Source: Azolla caroliniana (taxonomy: Eukaryota; Plantae; Polypodiophyta). From it: a stretch of 64,000 bases of DNA. This document shows, piece after piece, positions 37,053-47,911 of the stretch (within the stretch, counting starts at the first letter, position 1; each line of letters begins with the position of its first letter). The position numbers and the translations under genes were made by a program. The notes below the pieces were generated by a model. That model was not told the DNA's origin. It did no database searches and saw only the letters and a program-made list of their open reading frames with translations. The stretch spans positions 8,928,001-8,992,000 of the forward strand of contig JBHGNT010000010.1 of assembly GCA_043228905.1 (NCBI GenBank), in the 5' to 3' direction.

Positions 37053-40000
37053 CTCTATCTCTCTGTGCTGCTAAACAGCAACTACCCCTATATACCTAAT
37101 CTAGATCAACCTCTCAGCGCTGATACCATGTTAGAAATATTGAGAATCAATTAGATAGGTATATAGAGTTACAACCACAGAGATGGATATATGAAAACAA
37201 AACTTCTATTACATATGAGGTAACTCACAATGGTAGTTCACCCATGCGCTCACACCTTAGAGCTTAGATGGGATCTAGACCAGCTCACTACAAAATTAGT
37301 GGGGACTAATGATCAATCCAACCACTATGTAAGAAAGTGGATTATATTCTATGTTTGGTCTGAGTATAACATTAAATGTGCAAGTCAGTTGATAGTAGTG
37401 GAGATATTCCTTTTCTGTCAACTGACTTGTCATTTAATATGACCCAACTCCCTAGATATAGGCTAGTGCTAGATAGTACTTATCTTGAAGTCAATGGCAC
37501 ATACTTCAAGACTTAAGTACATCATAACTTGCCCAAAAAATATTCTAGTTGACTTGATTAGCCAATCCTATTACCTATTTCGCTCTTTCCTAAATCCATT
37601 GTGTCCTACGCATCTACGGTTTCTTGGATTAACACCTTATCGATCCATATGGTCGAGTTGCACACTAGCCACTCCTCATTTGGGGCGCTATCACAAAATG
37701 TGCACTCTAAGAGCACATATGGGGATAGATTTACAACTTGGGGCTAATCATTGATTATATTTAACAAGTTATGCATGGTTCGTCTCAGCATTATCACAAA
37801 GTAGTTACATTTCTGTCTCCTCCTAATTAAGCCATATGGATGTTTTATACCGCTAATATAAAGCCTGCTTTCTAGATAGAGAAATGGAATAACAAGAAAT
37901 GTTATAATAACATCTTCAAAAGGCTAAATGAGACCAATAAGTTATATTTTATCCAGTGACATTTGAAAAACGGTTAAGAGTTTGTGCCTATTATCACAAT
38001 TAAATATATAAGACAATTTACTAGAGTGAATCAAAAATAGAAACAGGCAATCATGATGAACCTTTTTCACAGCTAATATAAAACTGTACAAAATTACATG
38101 AAACATTATCTTAATGACTTCAAAAGGCTGAGTGAAAGCACATATGTTATATCTGCATGCTTATAAATCAGCTAATGAAAAACCAAGGTGATTCTTCTTC
38201 TTTGAAGCAATATGTCGACAAGAACTACAATTTCTCCAAATGACAGGAGCTTAATACTTGGCTAAGAATGTAGAAAGCCAACCATTGGAGCTTAAGCATG
38301 AAGAGACTTAAGAGTACATTACTCCCACTGTTGCTCTTCTTCGATTGCCTCTCTTTCATCTTTTCTTTGTTATCATCAATCTTCTTGCCCTTTTCTTTCC
38401 CATTCATCCATTTGTGGCAGTCACATTTAATGTGACCCTCCTTACCACATTGATGCATTCTACATCTTTACCATGTGATTTACTGTGGTCTTTGCTATCA
38501 GATTTGGTTCTGTTGTGACATGCCCCTAGTATGCAAAGCAATTATATGTGTGCATGTGTGTGTGCGTGTGCGTGTGCGTGTGCGTGTGCGTGTGCGTGTG
38601 CGTGTGCGTGTGCGTGTGCGTGTGCGTGTGCGTGTGCGTGTGCGTGTGCGTGTGCGTGTGCGTGTGCGTGTGCGTGTGCGTGTGTATGTGTATGTGTGTA
38701 TGAAAGTTAAGTGTTCTAAGGGTGTGTTCACGCACGTGCATGACTAAAAGGCACAATGGCCTTTCCAACAGTGGGTGGGAAACGATTTTGAGTTTTCCTA
38801 TTTCTTTGTGAGCACTATGGGGCATGCATATGTCTATCTACCTCAGTCTCAATTAGAATCTCTTCTTTGAGAAGCAATAGCTAGTTCCACTCATAATTTT
38901 TGAGACCTCCGCAATATTTGGAGGGTGGTAAGATCTCAACATTGAGGCCATTGTTGTTGAACCACTTCATCACTTGTGACTACCATGATCCTTTTGTGTC
39001 CTCTGTTGTTAATGTTTGCTTCAATACTACAAGTGTATTCGTAGAATTCTTTGAGGTGAAATGGTTCGAACCTCAATGGCAAGGTTCACGGTCAAGCCTA
39101 ATGCCTCTACCATCATGGGGGGTGCTATCAACTCAGCACCAAATGATTTCATGGGAGATGGATGCTTTGTTAAATACCATCGGTGACAACATCATGACTA
39201 GTGGATGCTCTATTTGTGTCCACACGTACATGGGGAGGCTTGGAGCCCATATGATTGCACCGTACATCAGGGTATCCATGGTGTCAAATAACCATACTTT
39301 GATAAAGGGCTCCTGGAATTGCCCCTGGTGGCATTGTTCTAGCATGGTCAGACCTGCATATGCCCGAGTAAATCGATCCTTGGTAGTTTGGGTTAAAAAG
39401 AAACACCCATCTATCCTTGTAAATGTCACTCCTAGATATATGTAAGAATCCACAGCTTCAACCTGCCCTCATTATAGGGCGAAGAGACCTACGAGCCCCT
39501 TCTCTTGACAAAAACCATCTAGGTCATTGAAATGATGTTGTAGGTTTCCAATAGATACAAAGACCAAGATTATGTGGTCAGCGTAAAGAAGAATGTCAAT
39601 GGAAGTACATAACACGTCAATTCTCTCCCCACCTCCCCGTGTCATGTAGTTCATTACCTAGTCGATGTATGATATGAAGAGTGTAAGGGAGGGTCAACAC
39701 CCTTGCTTCACACCAATGATTCACATCTCCCTCACACACTACATAGCAAGCTAGGGCAGCACGAGCTTTATACATATCAGGAGACACACACATGTATGCA
39801 AAGTTATAGCAGAATAGATCTGCAACTTGTGCCAAAGGGATGTGGAATCAGCGGAACATTATGTTTGCCATGGTACTGTTTTTATGAAACAACACGGGTT
39901 TAGATTACTATGCAAGGTAATGGAATATGAAGACCAATGATGCTTGGAGCTATTCTCTCAAGAAACTAAGAGATAAGAGGGATTGGTTGCTAAAGGGCAA

Positions 40001-42536
40001 CAATATAGCCATTAAACCTCATCGGCAAAGAATCATCACAACCTTCTTTGGAGCAATGATCCCTCTTTCCTATGCTACAAGTCAATCAAGGACAACTCAA
40101 GGTGGATTGCGACCACAAAATTGAAAGGAGTTACAATAGATTGGGATGACATAAGCAAAATACCATGGCACCATCATCCTTGTTATTGAGAAATGAACAT
40201 CATCATCACTCCACAGTAAAGGTGCTTTCCTCTCTCTAGAGATTCCTCCATCTTGGATCAGCCCATGCTGGAGAATTTTTTAAGGCAGAGACTTCAATCC
40301 ATCTAAGCTCACAATGTTGAGTGCTTAGCTAACAAGAATATCTAATACCTTAGGCAGTTTACCAATCTCATTATATTTAGTTTGGCTGTGTTCTCAAAGA
40401 TGAGACCAAATTTTAAGATATAATCTCTTGTTCAGTCTCATAGGCCATTTTGATCTCTTAAAAGACGTTTACGTATCATTTTCAAAACTGGCAGTCAATG
40501 TATCAATACTAAACTGCACATAATGAAAGGATATAAAACATATACAAAAAAGAACTTGGGCCCATGATGGAAGTGACACAGAAGAGGACTAAAAAAACGT
40601 TATAGCTTAGAGATCAAGAGGCTGAAAACTGGGCCAATCTCTATGCATATTTAAATTATTCCCTTAATTTCTTTGAATCCTGGTAAACTTATATGCATCC
40701 AATGTCTATAAGCTCATGGGATGATAGATTTTCTGAGATGCTACAAATTCACAAGCTAAAATGACCTCTAGCTTGATGAGATTAAGAGAGCAATATTAAT
40801 GTTTTCTTAGAATAATAAACAATGCATCCTATGTATGGTAACAAACATTTCATTAATTCTAAATCAAGAACGTCAGATTCTCACAATATTTTCCTCAGTA
40901 CCTCAATTGATGCCAATACCTCATAGCAAGGAAATATTTTTAAAATGTCCAATTAATTCTTAATCTAAAAATAAAAAAAGGCTTTGATTGCACAAACAGT
41001 GCAAATTAAATTATGAATTAGAACATGCAAGACAAAGTCAAACCCGTATATGATGCTTCACATATGAAACAATTAAATTGAATCGCAAGGTGATGAATCA
41101 AAAATGCACGCTATGTGTCATCTAGAAGACTCATGGTCAGATGAGTGAGCCTACGGAAAAGAAACATACCAGCAGCTTCTCCAATGTTTTGGAGAGTGAG
41201 ATGAATATCCACATGATGAAGACTGCATCCAAGGTGGCCACAGGAAGCACAAGCAAAAGCTTTTCTTTCCTAGGCATATCATTGATAGACCCAACATGCT
41301 CAACAACATCAAGTACTTCTGCTGCAACAAAGTAAGTGGCCCCAAGAAATAGCACTCTTGAAGTTAGACCACCAAGAGTGGGTCGCACAACACCATAACC
41401 CATAGAAACTATTAAAAGGAGGCAACGAGCAATAGTCTTTCTTATTACTCCAAACGTTACAGCCCATAAAGTAATCCCAGCTGGCCTATACCCTGTCGAA
41501 TTGAAATTTGTGTAATCAAAATACCACAATGCCATTTCGAACATGCCAAGTGCGATGACCAAACTGATATAGTTCTGCAACTGCAATATGTCTTTCCAAA
41601 ATCGTGCATATTGGAAAAGCCACAGAACGCCAAGTAGAAGATATGCAAGAGACAAAAGCCCATAAAACTTCATCAATGGTGCGAGTCTACCAGGCAAGTA
41701 ACCAGTAGGGTTTTTCCATATTGTTTTTCCACGAACCACAGTTCCATAGAGCTGAGGATCACAAAACATGAAGTACAAATTGTACATTCCAGATTTCTTG
41801 ATTTCAATGGGATCATTTTGTAATGTGGTCTCAACTTTGTTTGCACTGAAGTATATAGGAATGGAAATGGGCCAACGATCCTGGTCAGCTCGAACGATCA
41901 CCTCCCCGGGTGCACAACCATCACTATCAGCTAACTCTTTGCTACAACAGAGCGCATATGGGAGCGCATCATTTTTACTGCCAATCTTATCCCTGTCCTC
42001 TACTTCAAAGATAATAGCTTGAATGAGCTGGGTTCGGGGTTGCATATCAGTATACTTGCGTGCAGCTGCTTCAGGGCGCCGAAAAGTTACAGATTCGAAC
42101 CTGATGGGCAAAACCAAAAGATCCAATTGTACTAAATTACTCACTCCATCTTCTCATGCCAAGGAGGAAAACGTGAATCGTGCAATGGATTGCTCCCAAA
42201 ACAAGGAAAAAAAAGAAAAGAAACGGGTAGATCTAACGAAACATGTGTTAAGGAAAGCATGACGGATAGCTAATGCAAAACGAAAGAGAGACAGAGGGGG
42301 ATGGGGATGGGGTTTGTGGTGAGAAACCTTATGGAGGAGGAGAAGGAGGAAGAGGAGGTGGATGCGAGCATGCCCTCGCTACCCCCGTTGAAGACGAAAG
42401 CATTGGATTCATTGGAGAAGAAACCATCGACGTATTCATGGACAGAGGATCGAACAGGAGCCCACAAGGCGCTGTGGAGCAGGAACAGCGAGAAGAATCC
42501 CCACCCTCCTCCTCTGCAGCCTCTGCAGCCTTTCAT
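31043..42536 (-). CDS. TMEM87-like / lung seven-transmembrane receptor (GOST) family protein; 5 exons, 513 aa
   Basis: Exons 42536-42328, 42100-41170, 31682-31587, 31443-31307 and 31211-31043, all GT-AG with consistent phase (1542 nt). Signal peptide then SVHEY, WKNPTGYLPG, LIVSMGYGVVRPTLGG, KLELYRKFTNTL, LWAPSKNATRYAYS. Confidence 0.93.
31307..31443 (-). CDS. TMEM87-like exon 4
   Basis: ttacag|LFFKATYAFGERWQSEWIISAFW...WAPSKNAT|gtaagc. Confidence 0.92.
31587..31682 (-). CDS. TMEM87-like exon 3
   Basis: atatag|VRKLMAKLELYRKFTNTLAVIVVVSIAWIGYE|gtaatc. Confidence 0.92.
31741..32241. repeat. Old ~220-bp tandem duplication in intron 2
   Basis: TCACAATCCAAAAAGAAAAAA... at 31742 and 31966; the second copy resumes after the Copia at 37767. 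Confidence 0.75.
32949..36963 (-). pseudogene. Copia gag-pol (gag-PR-INT-RT-RH)
   Basis: CFYCDKNGHTIKDC, WILDSGASRHMT, SDRGGEF, QMDVKSAFLNG, LYGLKQAPRAW, YVDDL, YCDSDWAG, KHIEIQYH; several stops and frameshifts. Confidence 0.93.
36969..37062. repeat. (CT)n/(CTAT)n microsatellite in the Copia leader
   Basis: Seen directly. Confidence 0.95.
38547..38702. repeat. (GTGTGC)n microsatellite
   Basis: About 20 perfect hexamer units. Confidence 0.97.
38760..39900. mobile_element. LINE remnants: RT on the - strand (38760-39650) and a C-terminal Cys/His motif on the + strand (39700-39900)
   Basis: ILLYADHIIL and YIYLGVTF RT motifs; RICNLC..VES.EHYVCH-like motif. Confidence 0.6.
41170..42100 (-). CDS. 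TMEM87-like exon 2
   Basis: ccatcag|G TTC GAA ... AAG CTG CTG|gtatgt; GOLD-like lumenal region and the first transmembrane helices. Confidence 0.95.
42328..42536 (-). CDS. TMEM87-like exon 1
   Basis: MKGCRG..FSLFLLHSALWAPVRS|SVHEY..NAFVFNGGSEGM; ATA AG|gtttc donor. Confidence 0.88.
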
Positions 42537-43304
42537 GGCTAACTCAGAATGTCTGAGAGAATATGTTCCTTCATACCCTTCTTCATAAGTCCATACATAC
42601 ATAATGAAGGGAAGGTATTTAATTAGATTGAATGTGTGTATGTACTCAGTACATATAATGTGTGTGTCTTTCTTATGTGTTTGCTACGGGAGAGAGAGAG
42701 AGAGTCACTCCCAAAAGGTCATGGGTTCAAATCTCATCCATTCCCATTCCGAACCTAAAGCATCTATATCTCATGTTATCGAGAATTGCCATACCATTTG
42801 CTTCCGGCATTCACATGGTCAGGTAAACATCATGATGCTTGGGGATTTTATTCAAAGGGAGACCCACAAATGTAAACATGATATGGTTGGGGTATAGAGC
42901 AACCTTGTGCTTATGTGGAATACCATGTCGAAGAAGATGAAATGAAATTTGAATATCTTTGTTACTTTGAATAATAACACTTTAGTCGTCTTGGGAATGT
43001 ATGTTGAGTTAAACTTGCACCTCTTTTACATATATGTGTAGGTAGGTAGGTAGATTCGAACTTTTCATTATCGCTTGACAAGCAAAAGATCTTGTTGTAA
43101 GTTAGTCCCCTTTCTCTTGCTTCGTTGTCACCTTCTTTCATTTTCCATGTTATGGGTTACAACTCTTCCTTTTCTCCTTGTTATTCTCTCTTATATAAGG
43201 CAAGAAGGTTTATTGATCGTATTCAACCTTACCTCATTACTAACATGAGTATTAACTCTCGTAGAGCCCTAACACTCCGTCGCACTCGATCACACAACTG
43301 AGGT

Positions 43305-43640
43305 ATTGAAGTTTCATTATGGAATCAAAATCAGCCAAATATAAAGGCATGTAAGGTATGCAAGGAAGGGCTAGTACAAGATGAGTATCACTTGCTTTCT
43401 ACATGCTCTACATATAGTGCAATTCGTAAAAGCTACGATGATATATTAAGAGGGGGTGATTACTTGAGTGTCACACAAAAGAGAACACGTAGAAGGTTGA
43501 GCTCATATGTGTATGCCTTATTCACACATTGAGACTCGGTGCTTCAAAGTATGAATATCCCTTCTTAGGAAGGAGACATACACCAATATAACTTTTTGTA
43601 GTTGGGTCCTATGGGTCGTTGGCCTCTCTATGGACACTAA
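43305..43640 (+). mobile_element. LINE 3' end remnant
   Basis: CKVCKEGLVQDEYHLLSTCSTYSAIR C-terminal CCHC-type motif. Confidence 0.6.
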
Positions 43641-44510
43641 AAATATCTAATTTATCTATGTTATCACTATCTTTTTTCTTCTTCATCATTGTTATTGTTC
43701 TTCTTCCTCCCCCTCTTGCATACTTGTTTTGCACATTCACTCATCTCGGTCTTCATCCTACTCATCATATTTCATCAACTTAGGTTTAATAACTTCTATC
43801 TTCTTGAGGATCTTTATCCTCTTGCCTACAAGTGGAGTTTGGGTCTCGTTTCTATCTAACTCATTAAGGTAGAAACTACCTTTTTGCAAACTTCCTATTA
43901 GCATTGCACTATTTGTTGAGGCTATTGTTTATTATCAATACCCAGTCTCCCTCTTGAATTTTTTGTGGCCTTACTCTCTTTATATTTCATCAAATCGTGG
44001 TTTGTTCTTGATCTATGCTTCTATTAGTTTCTTTGTCACCCTTTCTACATCTTCAGCCCTACATGTGAGTCGCACAATCCTAACTACAAGCAAGTATTCT
44101 CTACTCATTTCTAACTCCCAAGGAAGTACTACCCATCTGGTGATCGTCTCTTCTTTAACATAATTATCTTTTGTCCTGTTGAGAGACAAGCTCGACATGG
44201 GCCGGCCAATTGAAGAAGCTGGAAGCCGAAAGCCGAATTGGACGAAGGCAGATCGGCCAGGCCCAGATTAGACGAAGGCCTGGATCAGCTGGAAAAGCCG
44301 AAAGCTAGATTGAACAAAGGTTGATCGGCTAGGCCGAATCGACAAGGAGCCGACAAGCCGTTAGGGCCGATATTCCTATTCATAGTAACATGAATATTTT
44401 TTGGAGTCGGTGTTAGATGCTCAATTATGAGCATTCAAGTACTTGTTAGTACTTGAGTCAGCCTATGTTAGAGGCTTGTATAAAAAGTGCTCAATGAGCA
44501 CAATTGTAAG

Positions 44511-44699
44511 CATAGTTGTTATTGGTTTTAGGGTTAGGGTTAGTGATAATTATGATAGCATGATTATAATGATGGGTGTGATGATGGAGATAAGCATTGT
44601 GGAATTGATGATGACAGGATGAGCATTGAGAAGCATTGCGGGGTGGGGGGTGGTGCCTAGAATGGCTCCACCCCCCTCCCAAGGGGGTTCAACGTTAAG

Positions 44700-44748
<49 letters not shown>

Positions 44749-45233
44749 TGATTATTCATCTTTTATTCATTCCCCATAAGGGGTTAAATAGTACAAGAGG
44801 GGGTAGATACATAGGGGTGTAAGCCCCCTCGAGCATTCATACTGGACACTCACTCACACCTCCTCGTATCCATCCACATGCACACACGTGTGCATGTGTT
44901 CACATATGTATAGACTCACAATTACATTTATGCCCCCTACACATACACAACAACATCATGATAACATTCGACCCTCGCTCATCACACTTGACTCTCCGTA
45001 CATCTCGTACGGGGTAACAATAGTACGTAAAATTCGTGTTCGTCTAGCATAACATTCGTTTTCCCACGTTGGAAAACGAATGCGAATGTTATTCAAACAT
45101 TCTTGTGTTTTTTTTTCCCCCATTTTTTAGGCTTATTTACCTCATAATAAATAGTTAATCCAAAAGTATGGTATTTATCATTCTTTGAGGGTATTTTTCT
45201 TACGCGAATGTGAATGCACGTATGGTACGTATG
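44511..45233. mobile_element. Small hAT-like insertion (~215 bp net)
   Basis: 8-bp flanks ATTGTAAG/GTTGTAAG, CATA...TATG ends, CGAAT/ATTCG repeats. Confidence 0.5.
44517..45019. mobile_element. Solo LTR (503 bp)
   Basis: TGTTA...TAACA with perfect TSD ATAGT. Confidence 0.85.
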
Positions 45234-45550
45234 GTTGTAAGTACTGAGTCTTTTCTTGTAATAGAATTTTGTTTGTTGTCAACTCACTCAGTCTCTTACT
45301 CTTACCCTTACTGTCTTCTGTTGTCCGTCCAAGCTGCCTGTGTCTCATGTGTTGAGTATTGAAGTTGATGTTGCGAAATAAGATTGAGGACTTGTTAGCG
45401 AGTCTAGCAAACAACACAAGTAGTGATTAAGATAGAGATATCAATTATGACAAGATTCAAGAAGATAAAAAATAAACACTTTCACGGAGAGAGAGAGAAA
45501 GAAGAAGAAAGAAAGATATATTAATGTCTTCTAAGGCCAAATAAAGAAGA

Positions 45551-45610
<60 letters not shown>

Positions 45611-47010
45611 TGCTCAAAGAAAACTATCTTAAATTAACCCTCGAACTCTCTTTTACAAGAACGGTTGTCTACTTAAATAGTTAGGTTAACTGTGTTCACA
45701 CTAGGGATACAAGTTTGAACAGGTCGGCCTTTTATGCCAACAAACTCCCCCGTAAAAGGATTACTCTGTCTACATACAACGATATGGGGCTATCTCCCCT
45801 GTAAGCTTAAATTTAAATTTAATTTAAACTATAGTGTATGTTACAAGACAATCGGCTAGTGGCCGAGTCAGCTGATGTTTGAATTAGATAGTAGTTGATT
45901 CGACTTTTGGTCTCTAAGTCATTGTCTCTCCGTGCGTGCTGGTTCTCCTGCTCTCTAATGGATCGTTGATTGGTTTTCAGTTCCATTCAACCCTTGATCG
46001 TCTCCTGTCCTTTTGGTCTCTTCACACTCAGCTGTGTCTTCAACCTTCAAGCTGACTAGCTCCTTCAACTTGTCTAGTCGTGTTGTTCTTGGACTTACCT
46101 TCTACCCTTCGTTTAGTGCTTCTTTGCCCCCTTGCTCGTTGTAGTCCCATATGTCCTCTTAGTTCATTGAAGTGTTGATCTAGAAGAGGCTTGGTCAGGC
46201 TATCAACAATGTTCACCTCAATATCCACTTTCTCAATCAGGCTATCAGGCTTGGTCAGGCTTGGACGCCGAGCTTCTTGTCGGTGATGAGCTCCCAGATG
46301 TGATGGTACGTCACCTCAATATGCTTTGTTTTAGCATGGTATACTGGATTTCGGATGAGGTGTATTGTGCTTTGTGAGTCGCAATCGAGGCTTGGCGTTA
46401 GATGGTCGATTCGGCCTTTAGCCGAAAAGTCAGCAGACAATCGGTGCAACCACATGGCTTCCTTGTCTACTTTCAATGCGGCTATATACCTAACCTCTGT
46501 TGTCGAGAGTGTCATGTAGTCTTGTAACTTCGACCCCCATGATATGGTGCCGCCTCCATAGGTGAATAAGTAGCCAGATATTGACTTCCAATTGCCTGGA
46601 TTGCCAACATAGTCGGAGTCAATGTGTCATGAATAGTACTAAAACATAGACAGAATTAGTACTAGAGAAGGGAAGTACTATTAGTACTAAGAGGACGGGA
46701 CTGCGTAAGACTCTTGAGAGAGGGAGAGAGAAGAGCAGAGAGAGAGAGAGAGAGAGAGAGCGAGGACGAGAGAGAGAGAGATGATGATGATAACAAATGA
46801 AATATTATATCAAAAGTAAGTACAAAATGGCTATGAGGCTTAAGACTGGCGTTGAACCAATTTGGTTCAACATAATGCCTTGTGCCTCCTTTTATAGTGT
46901 TCTCAAGAGGAGTCCTAAAGCTTCTAGAATGTTCTAGAGAAATTTGGAGTATACATTAATTTCCTATAATAAAACTTAAATGAAAATAATATCCTACGTA
47001 TTACAATAGA

Positions 47011-47065
47011 TGGTATAATGGTCAAGAGATCGACCCATATAACATAAGGTCATGGGTTCGAGTCT
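47011..47065 (+). promoter_or_regulatory. tRNA-like Pol III A/B boxes in chromovirus LTR U3
   Basis: TGGTATAATGG (47011) and GGTTCGAGTCT (47055), 44 nt apart. Confidence 0.55.
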
Positions 47066-47395
47066 TGCCATATCATGACACTATCCCCCCTTTAAGACGA
47101 CGATTGTAATGAGTTGGCGCTGATTGAGGACCGGGTTTGTCCGGATACTGTCGGTGGAAATCAGCAAGAAGATCCTGAGCATTGGCGACATGCTCGACGG
47201 GTTCCCAAGTACGTTCACTCAAACTATAGCCAAGCCAATCGACCAAATAATAAAGTTTGTTGTGAACAAATTTCGAGTCGAGGACGACAACAACTTCATA
47301 CTCCGGGCCGGCGTCTAACTCAAGCGGGGGCGGTAGTGGTGTAACATGATCGGGAATAGTGTTTGCTTTATAAGGTTCAAGAAGAGAACCATAGA

Positions 47396-47911
47396 AGACC
47401 GGATGTATATGAAGATGCGGAGGAAGATCAAGGCGGAATGTGACATCATTAACCTTACTAGTAATACGAAAAGGGCCGAGTCGTCGATAATCTAACTTGT
47501 CACACGGTCGAGTAGTCTTGATGTGACGACGTAAGAGCCATACTCGATCTCCGATGGCAAAAGAGGAGGGAAGTTGATGACGATCCGCATAAGTTTTCTC
47601 TGTGTGTTGAGCATGACGAAGATGAGTAGAGAGATCCATCTGGATCTTGCGTAGACCGGATGTATATGAAGATGCGGAGGAAGATCAAGGCGGAATGTGA
47701 CATCATTAACCTTACCGGTAATACGAAAAGGGCCGAGTCGTCGATAATCTAACTTGTCGCACGGTCGAGTAGTCTTGATGTGACGACGTAAGAGCCATAC
47801 TCGATCTTCGATGGCAAAAGAGGAGGGAAGTTGATGACGATCCGCATAAGTCTTCTCTGTGTGTTGAGCATGACGAAGATGAGTAGAGAGATCCATCTGG
47901 ATCTTGCGTAG
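47396..47911. repeat. 257-bp direct tandem duplication in the integrase C-terminal region
   Basis: AGACCGGATG at 47396 and 47653; about 5 differences. Confidence 0.92.

Larger units (their letters stand above)
32242..37766 (-). mobile_element. Full-length intronic Ty1/Copia (5525 bp), degenerate
   Basis: LTRs 32242-32881 and 37129-37766 (~5% different by eye), TSD GGTTA/AGTTA, Met-type PBS TGGTATCAGCGC at 37117-37128. Confidence 0.95.
44177..45349 (+). repeat. 5' LTR of Copia C4 (ends at 63161), split by insertions
   Basis: Starts TGTTGAGAGACAAGCTC; TATAAAAAG at 44479; resumes at 63131-63161 just before the PBS. Confidence 0.65.

Noticed and set aside
38475-38825. VR/TR/HT dipeptide-repeat ORFs
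   Set aside because: Translations of a microsatellite.
44525-44545. Interstitial telomere or chromosome-fusion scar
   Set aside because: Only 2-3 units, inside a TSD-bounded solo LTR.
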